51,476 bases of DNA, taken from Candidatus Binatia bacterium. Its GTDB lineage: Bacteria; Chloroflexota; Limnocylindria; QHBO01. The DNA is taken from NCBI GenBank assembly GCA_035512895.1, contig DATKDB010000123.1:1-51476 (forward strand), in the 5' to 3' direction. Below the pieces are notes generated by a model that saw only the letters and a program-made list of their open reading frames with translations, did not search any database and had not been told where the DNA came from. Made by a program: the position numbers and the translations under genes. Of this stretch, positions 1 to 8,604 are shown in pieces (within the stretch, counting starts at the first letter, position 1; each line of letters opens with the position of its first letter).

Positions 1-355
1 CGCGCCTGTGCCCTCGAGATGGTGGTGCCCGAGTCGCTGACGGAGAGCCCCGCGGCCAGTCCTTCAGGCGGGGCCGACGGGTGACCAAACGATCAAATGC
101 GCGCGTGCCGCAATGTGAGGACCGCCCAGTGTCCACCGGAGGCGTCGTCTCGCGCGGTGTGTGTCCAGCCTGGCATCTGTTGAAAAGAGTCTCCACGGGG
201 CTGTGCGTCGCCTCGCGTCGTCTCGGCTCGTCAGCGCCGAAGCCGCTCGCCGGCTGAACATGCAGAGCCCGGCCGAGTTCAGCGCAGTCATCGACTTCAG
301 AAGCGGTTCGAGGCGGAGCGCCGATCCGCACACTGTCGTCCGCCGATTTGAGCGT

Positions 356-1039
356 TCAGAGGCGCCAGTAGTCGCCGGTCAGGCCCATCGAGGCGAAGTG
401 CGCCAGCAGCTCGTCGCGCGACGGCCGCGTGTAGTCGAGCTCGAGCTTGTGCGGGTAGATCGGCTGGCTGAGCTCGTGGACCTGGTCGGGCGTCAGCGAT
501 GCGGCGCGATCGGCAGACGCACACAGTGCCGACGCGTCGCGGTGCTCCGGTGAGGCGAAGAAGACCATCGTGTTGGAGCAGGTGGTGATGATGTCGTCCC
601 ACCACGCCCGGGGCGGCAGCGCGAGGTAGATGATCGCCTCCGGCGGCTCGACGCGCGTCGTGCGGCCTTCGGCGAGGTCGATCCGGATGGACGTCGCGCA
701 GTGGTGGCAGAAGGAGTCGACCCGGACGTCGTCCTTCAGCATCGAGTGGAACGCGATGGCGTCCCAGGCACAGTTGGCGAAGTAGCCGCGTCCTCCGACC
801 GTGGCGCGGAACGGCGTCGCGATGGCCGAGAAGGGGAAGGCCATGAGGACGCGGTCAGTGTCCTTCACGAGGGCGATGTGCCGAGCGGCCTCGAGCTGGC
901 GCAGTGCATCGCCCGCGTCATCCCGGCTGAGCGAGAACTCGACCATCAGCTGCTCGACGACCGGTGGCGAGGCGTGCTCGAGGAAGTGGTCGAAGATGCG
1001 CTTGCGGATCCGCTGGATCAGGTCTCTGTCGGCAGACAT
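356..1039 (-). CDS. merB: Organomercurial (alkylmercury) lyase MerB-like protein
   Basis: 227-aa ORF with high GC3. ATG at 1039 is preceded by GAGGA. The NCAWDAIAF (Cys-x2-Asp) and TTCSNTMVFFAS motifs align with the MerB catalytic Cys96/Asp99/Cys159 context (YAWCALDTLIF ... FCCHVHFFAS). N-terminal winged-helix-like region. Confidence 0.75.
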   Translation of the reverse strand: MSADRDLIQRIRKRIFDHFLEHASPPVVEQLMVEFSLSRDDAGDALRQLEAARHIALVKDTDRVLMAFPFSAIATPFRATVGGRGYFANCAWDAIAFHSMLKDDVRVDSFCHHCATSIRIDLAEGRTTRVEPPEAIIYLALPPRAWWDDIITTCSNTMVFFASPEHRDASALCASADRAASLTPDQVHELSQPIYPHKLELDYTRPSRDELLAHFASMGLTGDYWRL

Positions 1040-1208
1040 CGTGGTCCTCGGCTGCGTGGTTTCGCCACGATAAGCTTGGGGCCCGGACGTTCGTGCTAGA
1101 TGCCGGCTCGCGGCGCACGCGAAGATCGATACGTTTCGGCCGCCGACCGTGAACGACAGTGAGACGCATGAGGCGCTTCACTGGGAGTTCGGTATGGGGC
1201 ACGCCGTT

Positions 1209-1778
1209 CTACTGGAACGAGCACTCGAAGCCGGCATCGACCGCGCGCTGTATTCCCTGATCGATCATCGGCCGCGCGATGTAGGGGACGGCAGCAAGCT
1301 GATCCGCTCCGTCCGCCTCGGTGAGCCGATCGCTTGCATCGAGCAGGGAGATGCGCAGGTCATGCAGCGCCGCGCTCACTTCGTTCCGCAGCACGGCGCC
1401 GGGGGTCCAGTCGGGAACGGTAGCGAGGTCGTTGAGGATGACCCGCAGTTCTTCGGCCACGAGATCAATCTCCGCACCGTGGGTCGTGACATCGTCACCG
1501 GCTGCCCCCGCCGCCCGGAGTGCCGCGAGCCGTGGATCGAGCAGGGCGATCGCCTCGAATGGCGGACAGATCGCTTCGGCGTAGGCGGTCCGGCTCTCCG
1601 GGCGCGCGGCAGGGTCGGGGGTCGCCGGAAGGGGCACGGGCGTGGCACCTGACGTCTCGCTGTCTTCCGGCGTTGCGAGGCGGGCCGGCGTAGGGCTTGG
1701 CACGACCTGGCCACCGCACGCCGTCAACGTCATGGCGGCGAGCAGGACGATCGCTGGCAACGACGCGGACACGCTCAC
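1209..1778 (-). CDS. Hypothetical lipoprotein
   Basis: 189-aa ORF with a GTG start after GAGG. Signal peptide with lipobox LTAC (AIVLLAAMTLTACGG). High GC3. No recognisable domain. Confidence 0.6.
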   Translation of the reverse strand: MSVSASLPAIVLLAAMTLTACGGQVVPSPTPARLATPEDSETSGATPVPLPATPDPAARPESRTAYAEAICPPFEAIALLDPRLAALRAAGAAGDDVTTHGAEIDLVAEELRVILNDLATVPDWTPGAVLRNEVSAALHDLRISLLDASDRLTEADGADQLAAVPYIARPMIDQGIQRAVDAGFECSFQ

Positions 1779-1856
1779 GTACCTCAGCCTACGCTCACCT
1801 CGACGGGTCTGCTGACAGTCCGCTTACAAGTGCCGTCCACGGGACACCCTGCAGCG

Positions 1857-3083
1857 TCAGGGCTGCCAGATAGTGGTGTCGGGTCGAAAGATGGCCCACG
1901 CGAACCAGAACGGCTGGTCGTTCGCGACCGGCTCCAACGTCGTGCCGGCCATCGGTCCGTCGGTGGCCAGCCCGTCGAGGTTCCAGGTCGATCGCGTCTC
2001 CGTATCGCGCATCTCTCCCGCGCCGGCCGATTCGAACTCGAGCGTCGTGCCATCCTCGGTCACTCGCGACAGGACCACCGCCGACCCGACCAGCTCGCCC
2101 CCGGCGACGGTAGCCGCCCCCAGACCCGACGCGGTGCCTGGGCTCCACAGCACGACGATCGGCTCACCTCCGACCATGTCGTTGACGACCCCGACGTCCG
2201 CGAGGTCCGGGAGCGGGTAGGCGACGGACTCTTCGTCGACGACCACACCCACGATCCGGACCTTCGGGTTGAGGCGGCCGTCGATGAGGGTCTCGTCGGC
2301 GAGGAGGAACGGACTGGTGTCGGCGCGATCGTAGCCGGCATACGGGTTCGCGCCGTAGTTGCGCACGTGGCCGGTGTCGTGCGACAGGACCACACCATCG
2401 GGGTGAAGCTCTCGGAACTGCTGCCAGCTGATGAGCTGCGAGGGCAGGAACTCGAGCGCAGTGCCGGTGTAGTGGCCCACGATGCCGCGCCCGGTGGCCT
2501 GCTGCCACCACGACTCGGTCTGCCGGTCGTACATGACGAGGTCCGAGTGGCGCAAATTGCCACTGACCCCGAAGTCGAGCACGGTGCCATCGACTGTCCG
2601 GTCGAAGACGATGGCGGTGTGGCACAGCGGGCAGAAGGTGACCGCCACCGGCGTGTCGGCCACGACGTCGTTCGCGATCTCGTGCCACATCAGAATCTGG
2701 ATCGGGTAGGCGCGCCACTCGTCCTCCATGCCCAAGGCGATGACCGGCTCCTGGTCCTCGAGCCAGTCCACCTCGCCGATGGGCTGGAATTTCGGCTCGT
2801 CGATGGCGGGGATGCCATCCTTGCCGGGCCCACCGCTCAGGAACTCGTCGAGCGGCACCTCATGGCGGCTGAAGTCGGTCGACCATCCCGCCTCGCTGAC
2901 GCTGAGCTCGGAGCTGAGCGATGGCCCAGGGGAGGGTCCAGCGCCGCCGTCCGCCGCGCGGTCGCCAGACGCCGCCCCGCCGGGATCATCCGATGGCGCG
3001 GTGGCGCTCGGTGTGCAGGCCGCCAGCACGAAGACGCCGGCCAGCCCGAGGGTCAGCGACTGCCCCAAAGCGCGTCCGTTCAT
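1857..3083 (-). CDS. DUF3179 domain-containing lipoprotein
   Basis: The long ORF 1857..3245 is trimmed to the internal ATG at 3083, which follows GGAGG by 8 nt. Signal/lipobox VFVLAACTPS. DUF3179-type core: DGIPAIDEPKF ... WRAYPI ... TFCPLCHTAIVFDR ... GNLRHSDLVMYDRQTESWW. Confidence 0.8.
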   Translation of the reverse strand: MNGRALGQSLTLGLAGVFVLAACTPSATAPSDDPGGAASGDRAADGGAGPSPGPSLSSELSVSEAGWSTDFSRHEVPLDEFLSGGPGKDGIPAIDEPKFQPIGEVDWLEDQEPVIALGMEDEWRAYPIQILMWHEIANDVVADTPVAVTFCPLCHTAIVFDRTVDGTVLDFGVSGNLRHSDLVMYDRQTESWWQQATGRGIVGHYTGTALEFLPSQLISWQQFRELHPDGVVLSHDTGHVRNYGANPYAGYDRADTSPFLLADETLIDGRLNPKVRIVGVVVDEESVAYPLPDLADVGVVNDMVGGEPIVVLWSPGTASGLGAATVAGGELVGSAVVLSRVTEDGTTLEFESAGAGEMRDTETRSTWNLDGLATDGPMAGTTLEPVANDQPFWFAWAIFRPDTTIWQP

Positions 3084-3166
3084 GGTTTCAGCCTCCACCG
3101 TGGCAGCTCGATCCGCCGTAAGCGCCATCACATCGCCGGGCACCGACCGGAGCGATCCTGTCCAGT

Positions 3167-3433
3167 ATGCAAGTCCTCGGGCAGCTGTTCGGCGCAGCTG
3201 AGCCGTGCGAGCACGTCCCCGAATCGGTCCCGGCCGCGCAGGCAAATCGCTGCCAGGAGTGCGGCAGCGGCTTCAGCATCCGCCTCTGCGCGACATGCGG
3301 TCATGTCGGCTGCTGTGACTCCCAGGCCGGGCACGCCCGCACCCATGCCAATGCCACGGGCCATCCGGTCATCTACTCCGACCCGAAGGGTGGTGGCTTC
3401 ATTTGGTGCTACCTCGACAATCGCTATCTCTGA
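3167..3433 (+). CDS. UBP-type zinc-finger domain protein
   Basis: 88-aa ORF with a Cys/His pattern CQEC...RLCATCGHVGCCDS...H...H...TGHPVI...WCY, typical of bacterial zf-UBP proteins. Confidence 0.8.
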   Translation: MQVLGQLFGAAEPCEHVPESVPAAQANRCQECGSGFSIRLCATCGHVGCCDSQAGHARTHANATGHPVIYSDPKGGGFIWCYLDNRYL

Positions 3434-3497
3434 GGGGGCAGTCCGTGCATCGCCGCCGACTGGCGCGGTCGATGGTCGGTTCGATCGGATGCGCGCC

Positions 3498-4292
3498 TCA
3501 GCTGAGCCGGACGAGCGGTCCGTGCGCGAACCATTTGCCGGCGCGGATGCCGAGCTCCTCGAAGATCGAGGCCGGCAGCCCGATGTCGGCCAGGAAGCCC
3601 GCGCCCGAGAAGCGGCGCCCCTCGCCGAGCGTCATCCCACGCTTCGGCAGGGCCAGCGCCAGCGTGGCGTCGGCACTGATGGCCGAACCTGGCCGCGCGC
3701 CGGTGCTGGCGTCGATGCCCGAGGGGATGTCGAGGCTGATGACCGGCCCGGTGCCGAGGGTGGCGACGCCGATCAGCGGCTGATAGACCTCGTCGGGCGG
3801 ACCATGCAGCGTATAGCCGATGAGCGCGTCGATGACGGCGTCCGACCGCACGATCTCGGCGGCGATCTCCGGATGGGATCGATCGTGACCGGCCACGGCG
3901 GCGCGGACGCCGGCCGCAAGCATCGGCTCGACCTGCGCGCAGGGTGCTGGTCGCAGGCGCAGCAGCGGCCGGGCGAAGATCACGCACACGTCCGCGCCCC
4001 AGCCGGCAAGCCGCCGGGCCGCGGCCATCCCGCCTCCGGCGTTGTTGCCGGTGCCCGCCAACACGACGATCCTTCGTCCTGCGACGACACCGCCCAAGGT
4101 GAGCCGCGTCAGCTCGGCGAGCTGAAGGCCGGCGTTCTCCATCATCTGCAGGAGGGAGATGCCGATGCGGTCGGTGGCGATCCGGTCCGCAGCCAGCATC
4201 GTCGGCGTGTCGACAGCGGGAACGAGATCCTTGGCGATTGGAATGTCGGGCAGCTGCCACCGGTTGGCGGTGATGCTGATGGGCTCGGCCAT
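3498..4292 (-). CDS. nnrE: NAD(P)H-hydrate epimerase (YjeF N-terminal domain)
   Basis: 264-aa ORF. Motifs LMENAG, VVLAGTGNNAGGG, DALIGYTL.G.P and LDIPSG.D are characteristic of the YjeF_N/NnrE family. Confidence 0.8.
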   Translation of the reverse strand: MAEPISITANRWQLPDIPIAKDLVPAVDTPTMLAADRIATDRIGISLLQMMENAGLQLAELTRLTLGGVVAGRRIVVLAGTGNNAGGGMAAARRLAGWGADVCVIFARPLLRLRPAPCAQVEPMLAAGVRAAVAGHDRSHPEIAAEIVRSDAVIDALIGYTLHGPPDEVYQPLIGVATLGTGPVISLDIPSGIDASTGARPGSAISADATLALALPKRGMTLGEGRRFSGAGFLADIGLPASIFEELGIRAGKWFAHGPLVRLS

Positions 4293-4349
4293 GCGTGCAG
4301 CGTGGCGTCCGGCGGCTGTCGGCGCTGTAACGCAGCCGACAGCCGCCGG

Positions 4350-5123
4350 TCATTCGCCGGCGAGATCCTCCAGCCGATCAGGGGCGAGAATGATCACGCG
4401 CTGGTTGCGCATCTCGAGAATGCCTCTCTCGCGGAGCGAGGCGATGGTGGTGGCCAGCGTTTCGCGGGACGTCCCGATCATGTCGGCCAGCTCCTGCTGG
4501 GTCAGCCGCGCGTCGATCTCGGTGCCGCCGTCCGCCGGTTGACCGAAGCGCGTTACGAGCTCCAGGAGACGTGCCGCTAGGCGCTGCTCGACCGAGCGAA
4601 AGGCCATGACCTCGCGCTCGCGCTCCGACGTCGCCAGGCGGTCGGACAGATAGCGGATGATGTTGACGCCGACGCTGGGGAAGCGATCGATGAGCCGCTG
4701 GAGCTCTCGCGGCGTGAAGCTGCAGATGAGCGCGTCCTCGACCGCCTCGGCGTACGCATCGGCCAGCTGTTGACCGAGCCACGACATGCGACCCACGATC
4801 CGGCCTTTGTCGAGGATCTCGAGCGTGAGCTGCTTTCCGTCCGGCGTGAGCCGGTAGAGCCGGACTCGGCCGCGCTTGACGACGTAGAGCCGCTCATCGT
4901 CGTCGTCGGGCGACGTCACCAGGCCGCCCGCGTGACAGGTTTGCATCGGCAGCGTCTGGCTGATCTCCTTGAGCTCGGCGGGAGTCAGGCCGCTGAAGAG
5001 ATCCACCTCCCGCAACAGGCCGGCCTTCAGGTCCGCCTCGGTCAGCGGTGGACCGGTCGGCGGCTCCATAGCCGGACCCGACTGTCGCTCCAGGAATCGC
5101 CTCAACACGGCTCCATCATGCAT
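4350..5123 (-). CDS. Crp/FNR family transcriptional regulator
   Basis: 257-aa ORF with a cNMP-binding-like beta-roll (LYVVKRGRVRLYR...GK) and a C-terminal HTH (TQQELADMIGTSRETLATTIASLRERGIL). An alternative start at MEPPTG is possible. Confidence 0.85.
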   Translation of the reverse strand: MHDGAVLRRFLERQSGPAMEPPTGPPLTEADLKAGLLREVDLFSGLTPAELKEISQTLPMQTCHAGGLVTSPDDDDERLYVVKRGRVRLYRLTPDGKQLTLEILDKGRIVGRMSWLGQQLADAYAEAVEDALICSFTPRELQRLIDRFPSVGVNIIRYLSDRLATSEREREVMAFRSVEQRLAARLLELVTRFGQPADGGTEIDARLTQQELADMIGTSRETLATTIASLRERGILEMRNQRVIILAPDRLEDLAGE

Positions 5124-5208
5124 CGGATCGACCGCTTCGGCACCGTGGTCGAGATCCTGTCACGATCCGCGTACGCTCTCGAGAAGATCGCCGCTCACGG
5201 AGACCCCC

Positions 5209-5805
5209 ATGGCCGACATGCAGCCGCTGCCAACGGACGCCCACCCCGAGCTCGCCGAGACGTCCGCGACCTTCGAGCGTATTCTCGGCTTCGTGCCGAA
5301 CTCGCTCCTCACGATGCAGCGCCTGCCGCGCATCGTCGAGGGCTTCGAAGCACTGACCCGAGCGGTCATGGACCCGGCGGGCCAGGTGGATGCGGGATTC
5401 AAGCGTCTCCTCGCGCACGTCGCAAGCCGTTCAGCCGGCTGTCAGTACTGCCAGGCCCACTCCCTCGTCGCGGCCGGGCTGCGCGGCGTCACCGAGGAGC
5501 GGCTGGCCGCACTCTGGGACTTCCCGACGAGCCCTCTCTACACGGAGGCGGAGCGTGCCGCCCTCGACTTCGCCCTCGCCGCCGGAGCGGTGCCGAACGC
5601 CGTGAACGCCGCTCATTTCGCACGGTTGCGCCAGCATTGGACCGATGATCAGATCGTCGAGATGCTGGCAGCGGTCTGCCTCTATGGCTTCCTCAACCGA
5701 TGGAACGACACGATGGCGACCGAGCTGGAGTCGCGGCCGCGCGAAGTGGGGGAGCGATACCTGGGCCGTATTGGTTGGGACGGCGGAAAGCACGTTGCCG
5801 GCTGA
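5209..5805 (+). CDS. AhpD-like / carboxymuconolactone decarboxylase family peroxidase-related protein
   Basis: Internal ATG at 5209 follows GGAG by 6 nt. CxxC motif in SAGCQYCQAHS with an AhpD-like helical context. The upstream part of ORF 4969..5805 is antisense to the Crp gene. Confidence 0.8.
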   Translation: MADMQPLPTDAHPELAETSATFERILGFVPNSLLTMQRLPRIVEGFEALTRAVMDPAGQVDAGFKRLLAHVASRSAGCQYCQAHSLVAAGLRGVTEERLAALWDFPTSPLYTEAERAALDFALAAGAVPNAVNAAHFARLRQHWTDDQIVEMLAAVCLYGFLNRWNDTMATELESRPREVGERYLGRIGWDGGKHVAG

Positions 5806-5869
5806 CCGATCAATTGCAGCGTCGGCGTCCTTACTGTCACGCCTGATCAGAGCCTGCAGAATCGGACCC

Positions 5870-6433
5870 ATGGAACGCACATTGCCGCTCATCCTGGCTT
5901 CGGCGCTCGTCCTGGCCGCCTGCTCTTCAGGCACGTCCTCGGGGAGCGGTGACGCGGGCGCGACCACGGGCGACGCTGGCGCGACGACCGGCGCCTCCCC
6001 GGCGGGCGCCTTGCTCGAACACGAGCTCGTCGACGTCCGCTCGGGCGATCGCTTCACGCTGGGCGAGCTGGCAACCGACAAGCCGGTGCTCGTCGAGACG
6101 ATGGCGGTATGGTGCACGACCTGTCTGGCCCAGCAGCGCGAGGTGGTCCAGGCCCACGAGCTGGCCGACTTCCACTCGGTCGGTATCGACGTCGATCCCA
6201 ACGAGCGTCCCGATGAGCTCGCAGCGTATGCCGACCGGGAGGGATTCGACTGGAGCTTCGTCATGGCCGATGCGGCGCTCGTCAAGCTCCTGACCGACGC
6301 CTACGGCTTCGCCGTCACGAACCCGCCCTCGACGCCCACCTTCGTCGTCTCCACCGATGGAACGGTCCGGGCGCTCGAATTCGGCAAGGTACGGAGTGCC
6401 GAGGAGCTGGTGGCCGAGTTGTCGTCCGGCTAG
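5870..6433 (+). CDS. TlpA/ResA-like thioredoxin-fold lipoprotein (thiol:disulfide oxidoreductase)
   Basis: ATG at 5870. Lipobox LVLAACSSG. Redox motif WCTTC. Thioredoxin-fold tail PPSTPTFVVSTDG. Confidence 0.8.
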   Translation: MERTLPLILASALVLAACSSGTSSGSGDAGATTGDAGATTGASPAGALLEHELVDVRSGDRFTLGELATDKPVLVETMAVWCTTCLAQQREVVQAHELADFHSVGIDVDPNERPDELAAYADREGFDWSFVMADAALVKLLTDAYGFAVTNPPSTPTFVVSTDGTVRALEFGKVRSAEELVAELSSG

Positions 6434-6445
6434 GGAGCGGCAGCG

Positions 6446-7144
6446 ATGGAGGTCTACCTCGGCGCGTTCCTCGCCGGCATCGGCGCCACGGTCACCCCGT
6501 GCGTCCTGCCGCTCTATCCGGCGTTCCTGGCGTACCTGACCCGCACCGCGCCTGTGGCGTCACCCGTGGACGGGCGTGGCGGCGCGGGGACGGTTCGCCT
6601 CCCAGCGGGTCTCGCCGCTCTCCTCGTCTGGGCCGGCGTGGTCACCGGCATGCTGGCGATCGGCGGCTTCATCGCGGCCGTGGCCGTCCCGATGGGAGAT
6701 TTCAACCGAATCGTGCTGCCGGTGGCGGACCTGCTCCTGATCGGGCTCGGGGTGCTCCTGCTGATCGGCATCAATCCGTTCGCGCGGCTGCCCCAACCCT
6801 CGCCAACGGCCTTCGGCCGCAGGGGGCCGATGGTCGGAGCCTTCAGCTACGGCCTGCTCTTTGCGCCGATCGCGATCCCGTGCAGCGGACCCTTCCTCGT
6901 CGGGATCTTCGCTTTCAGCCTGACCATCGGCGATGCGATCGGCCGCCTGCTCTTCTTTGGCGTCTTCGGCATCGGCTTCGGCCTGCCGTTGTTCGTGCTG
7001 GGGACGGTGGGTCAGGCACGCGGCGCACAGCTCGCACGGGCCGTCGTGCGCTACGAGCGTCCGCTCCAGCTGGTTCTCGGTCTTGCGCTGGTGGCGGTCG
7101 GCATCTGGGATCTCGCCAGCAACTTGCCGCTCATCCTCGCCTGA
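6446..7144 (+). CDS. ccdA: Cytochrome c biogenesis / thiol-disulfide transporter CcdA (DsbD transmembrane family)
   Basis: 232-aa polytopic membrane ORF. N-terminal TPCVLPLYPAFLAY and second Cys motif IPCSGPFL are typical of CcdA/DsbD_2. It lies 12 nt after the TlpA-like gene. Confidence 0.85.
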   Translation: MEVYLGAFLAGIGATVTPCVLPLYPAFLAYLTRTAPVASPVDGRGGAGTVRLPAGLAALLVWAGVVTGMLAIGGFIAAVAVPMGDFNRIVLPVADLLLIGLGVLLLIGINPFARLPQPSPTAFGRRGPMVGAFSYGLLFAPIAIPCSGPFLVGIFAFSLTIGDAIGRLLFFGVFGIGFGLPLFVLGTVGQARGAQLARAVVRYERPLQLVLGLALVAVGIWDLASNLPLILA

Positions 7145-7379
7145 TGGCGCCAGATCGAGACCCCGCGCCGTCGGGACGGGCTAGACGGCGCGAGGATGAA
7201 GAACTCATCGTCTGCCTGGCGTCGTCAGTCGAAGCGCGCGATGCATCCCGCCGGAGGTTGACACCGAATGGGACGCGCTTCATGTCGGGTTTCGCCCGCG
7301 GTGGTTGGTGAAGGAAGCCAGGAGCTCGCGGCCTGAGAGCCAGCCACCCGGGGTATCGCGACTAGGCTGCTGCAGGCGC

Positions 7380-8459
7380 TTACTCCAGCGGCCGGTCGGC
7401 GGTCACTGGCCCGTCAGCTAGCAGACCTCGGCGAGTTGCAGGAACCGGGCGCCGGTAGTGCCACACGTGCCACGCGCGCAGGTCCGACCGATGCCCGGCG
7501 CGTCCCATGGCCGCGATCATCGGCGCGTTGTCGACGTCGACCTCCGACAGCCCTGCCGTGTATCCGCGCGCGCGAGCGGTGGCGTCGGCGGCCGCAAGGA
7601 GCTCCGAGACGTGCCCGTGGCCGCGGTGCTCGGGGACGACGCCGATATGGACGATCGTCCACGTCGTGTCGCTGAACGAACCGACCGCCACGAACCCGGC
7701 GGGATCCTCGCCGTGGTGGCCGAGCAGCCAGCCGGGCTCCTCGCTCTCGCGCAGGGCGCGCATGATCTCCTCGGCCCATGGCTCGGGTCCGCAGCGGGCG
7801 ATGTAGTAGCGATCGTTGCGGTCGAGCGTGCCGGCGGTCGTGGCCGACATGACCGCGCGGTAGGCGTTGCGGCCGGCCTCGGCCAGCGTGGTGACGCGCA
7901 GGAGCGTCGGTGGCGACGGGGGAGGGACCTCCGGCGTCCAGGCAAAGCCCTCCTTCTCCTGCAAGAGCTTGAAGGCGGATGCCTCGAGCAGCCCGCGCAT
8001 CGGTCCGGTGGCGGTGTGGACCTCCGGATTGAGCCGCCGGTCCAGCGTGGTCGGGCCGTGGGGAGCTAGCCGTTCCGCCAGCCCGTCCATCAGCGCGCCG
8101 AACGCCTCCGGGTGGTCAGGATGGCCCAGGTCGGCCCACAGGAAGGCGGCGCTGCCCTCGAGCGTCGACACGCCGCCGCCCATCGGCTCGGCGACGAGCG
8201 CCCCGCGGGCGACCGGACGCCCGTCGACCTCCGCGACGAGGGTCCAGTCCGGTCGCGACGTGCCGTCGTCCCAAGTGGCCAGCAGCGAGTCCCGAATCGT
8301 CGCGTCGCCGAGCGCGGCGAAGCGGCCCGCCTCGTCGGGAAGGATCGAGCGAGTGGTGATCTCGGTACCTCCGAAGGGGAGGCGCGCTCGGGCGGCTGAC
8401 CGCGTCGAGCTAAGAACGCGGCTCCCGCGCGTGGCGCGTGTCTGCGTGGTCATCGGCAC
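7380..8459 (-). CDS. GNAT family N-acetyltransferase (two GNAT-like halves)
   Basis: 359-aa ORF with a GTG start after GAGGAGG. The C-terminal half carries the acetyl-CoA motif IGVVPEHRGHGHVSELL. The N-terminal half is a degenerate GNAT-like fold. Confidence 0.75.
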   Translation of the reverse strand: MPMTTQTRATRGSRVLSSTRSAARARLPFGGTEITTRSILPDEAGRFAALGDATIRDSLLATWDDGTSRPDWTLVAEVDGRPVARGALVAEPMGGGVSTLEGSAAFLWADLGHPDHPEAFGALMDGLAERLAPHGPTTLDRRLNPEVHTATGPMRGLLEASAFKLLQEKEGFAWTPEVPPPSPPTLLRVTTLAEAGRNAYRAVMSATTAGTLDRNDRYYIARCGPEPWAEEIMRALRESEEPGWLLGHHGEDPAGFVAVGSFSDTTWTIVHIGVVPEHRGHGHVSELLAAADATARARGYTAGLSEVDVDNAPMIAAMGRAGHRSDLRAWHVWHYRRPVPATRRGLLADGPVTADRPLE

Positions 8460-8604
8460 ACCACCTCCTCAGCTCGTACAGGGATCCGCGGTCAGCGTAG
8501 CACCGTCGCTCTACTGCTTGATGCACCGCGGGCACCTGCGCGCAATTAGTGGGACACGCACCTAGCTCGATGCGACGCCGCGCGATGGAACGTGCGAGCA
8601 TCCT

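Noticed and set aside
1-355. Possible 3' end of a plus-strand gene (1..84, ending GGADG-stop) and a 270-nt non-coding gap that might hold an ncRNA
   Set aside because: The 27-codon fragment has high GC3 but is too short to identify. In the gap I found only weak hairpins and no motif of a known RNA family. A covariance-model scan (Rfam/Infernal) would be the decisive test.
1830-4580. 916-aa plus-strand ORF spanning several genes. Similar giants include 25797..27680, 44686..46563, 31613..33505, 9972..11333 and 36883..38169.
   Set aside because: These translations are Arg/Pro/Gly/Ala-rich with no recognisable motifs. They run antisense to, or off-frame from, ORFs with clear family signatures. 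Long open antisense frames are expected in DNA this GC-rich because stop codons are AT-rich.
7145-7379. 235-nt convergent gap after ccdA containing an 8-bp hairpin (7165-7172 / 7184-7191) and a 21-codon ORF
   Set aside because: The hairpin is short with an 11-nt loop and no U-tail. The mini-ORF has poor GC3 and a badly placed SD. I do not regard either as supportable features.
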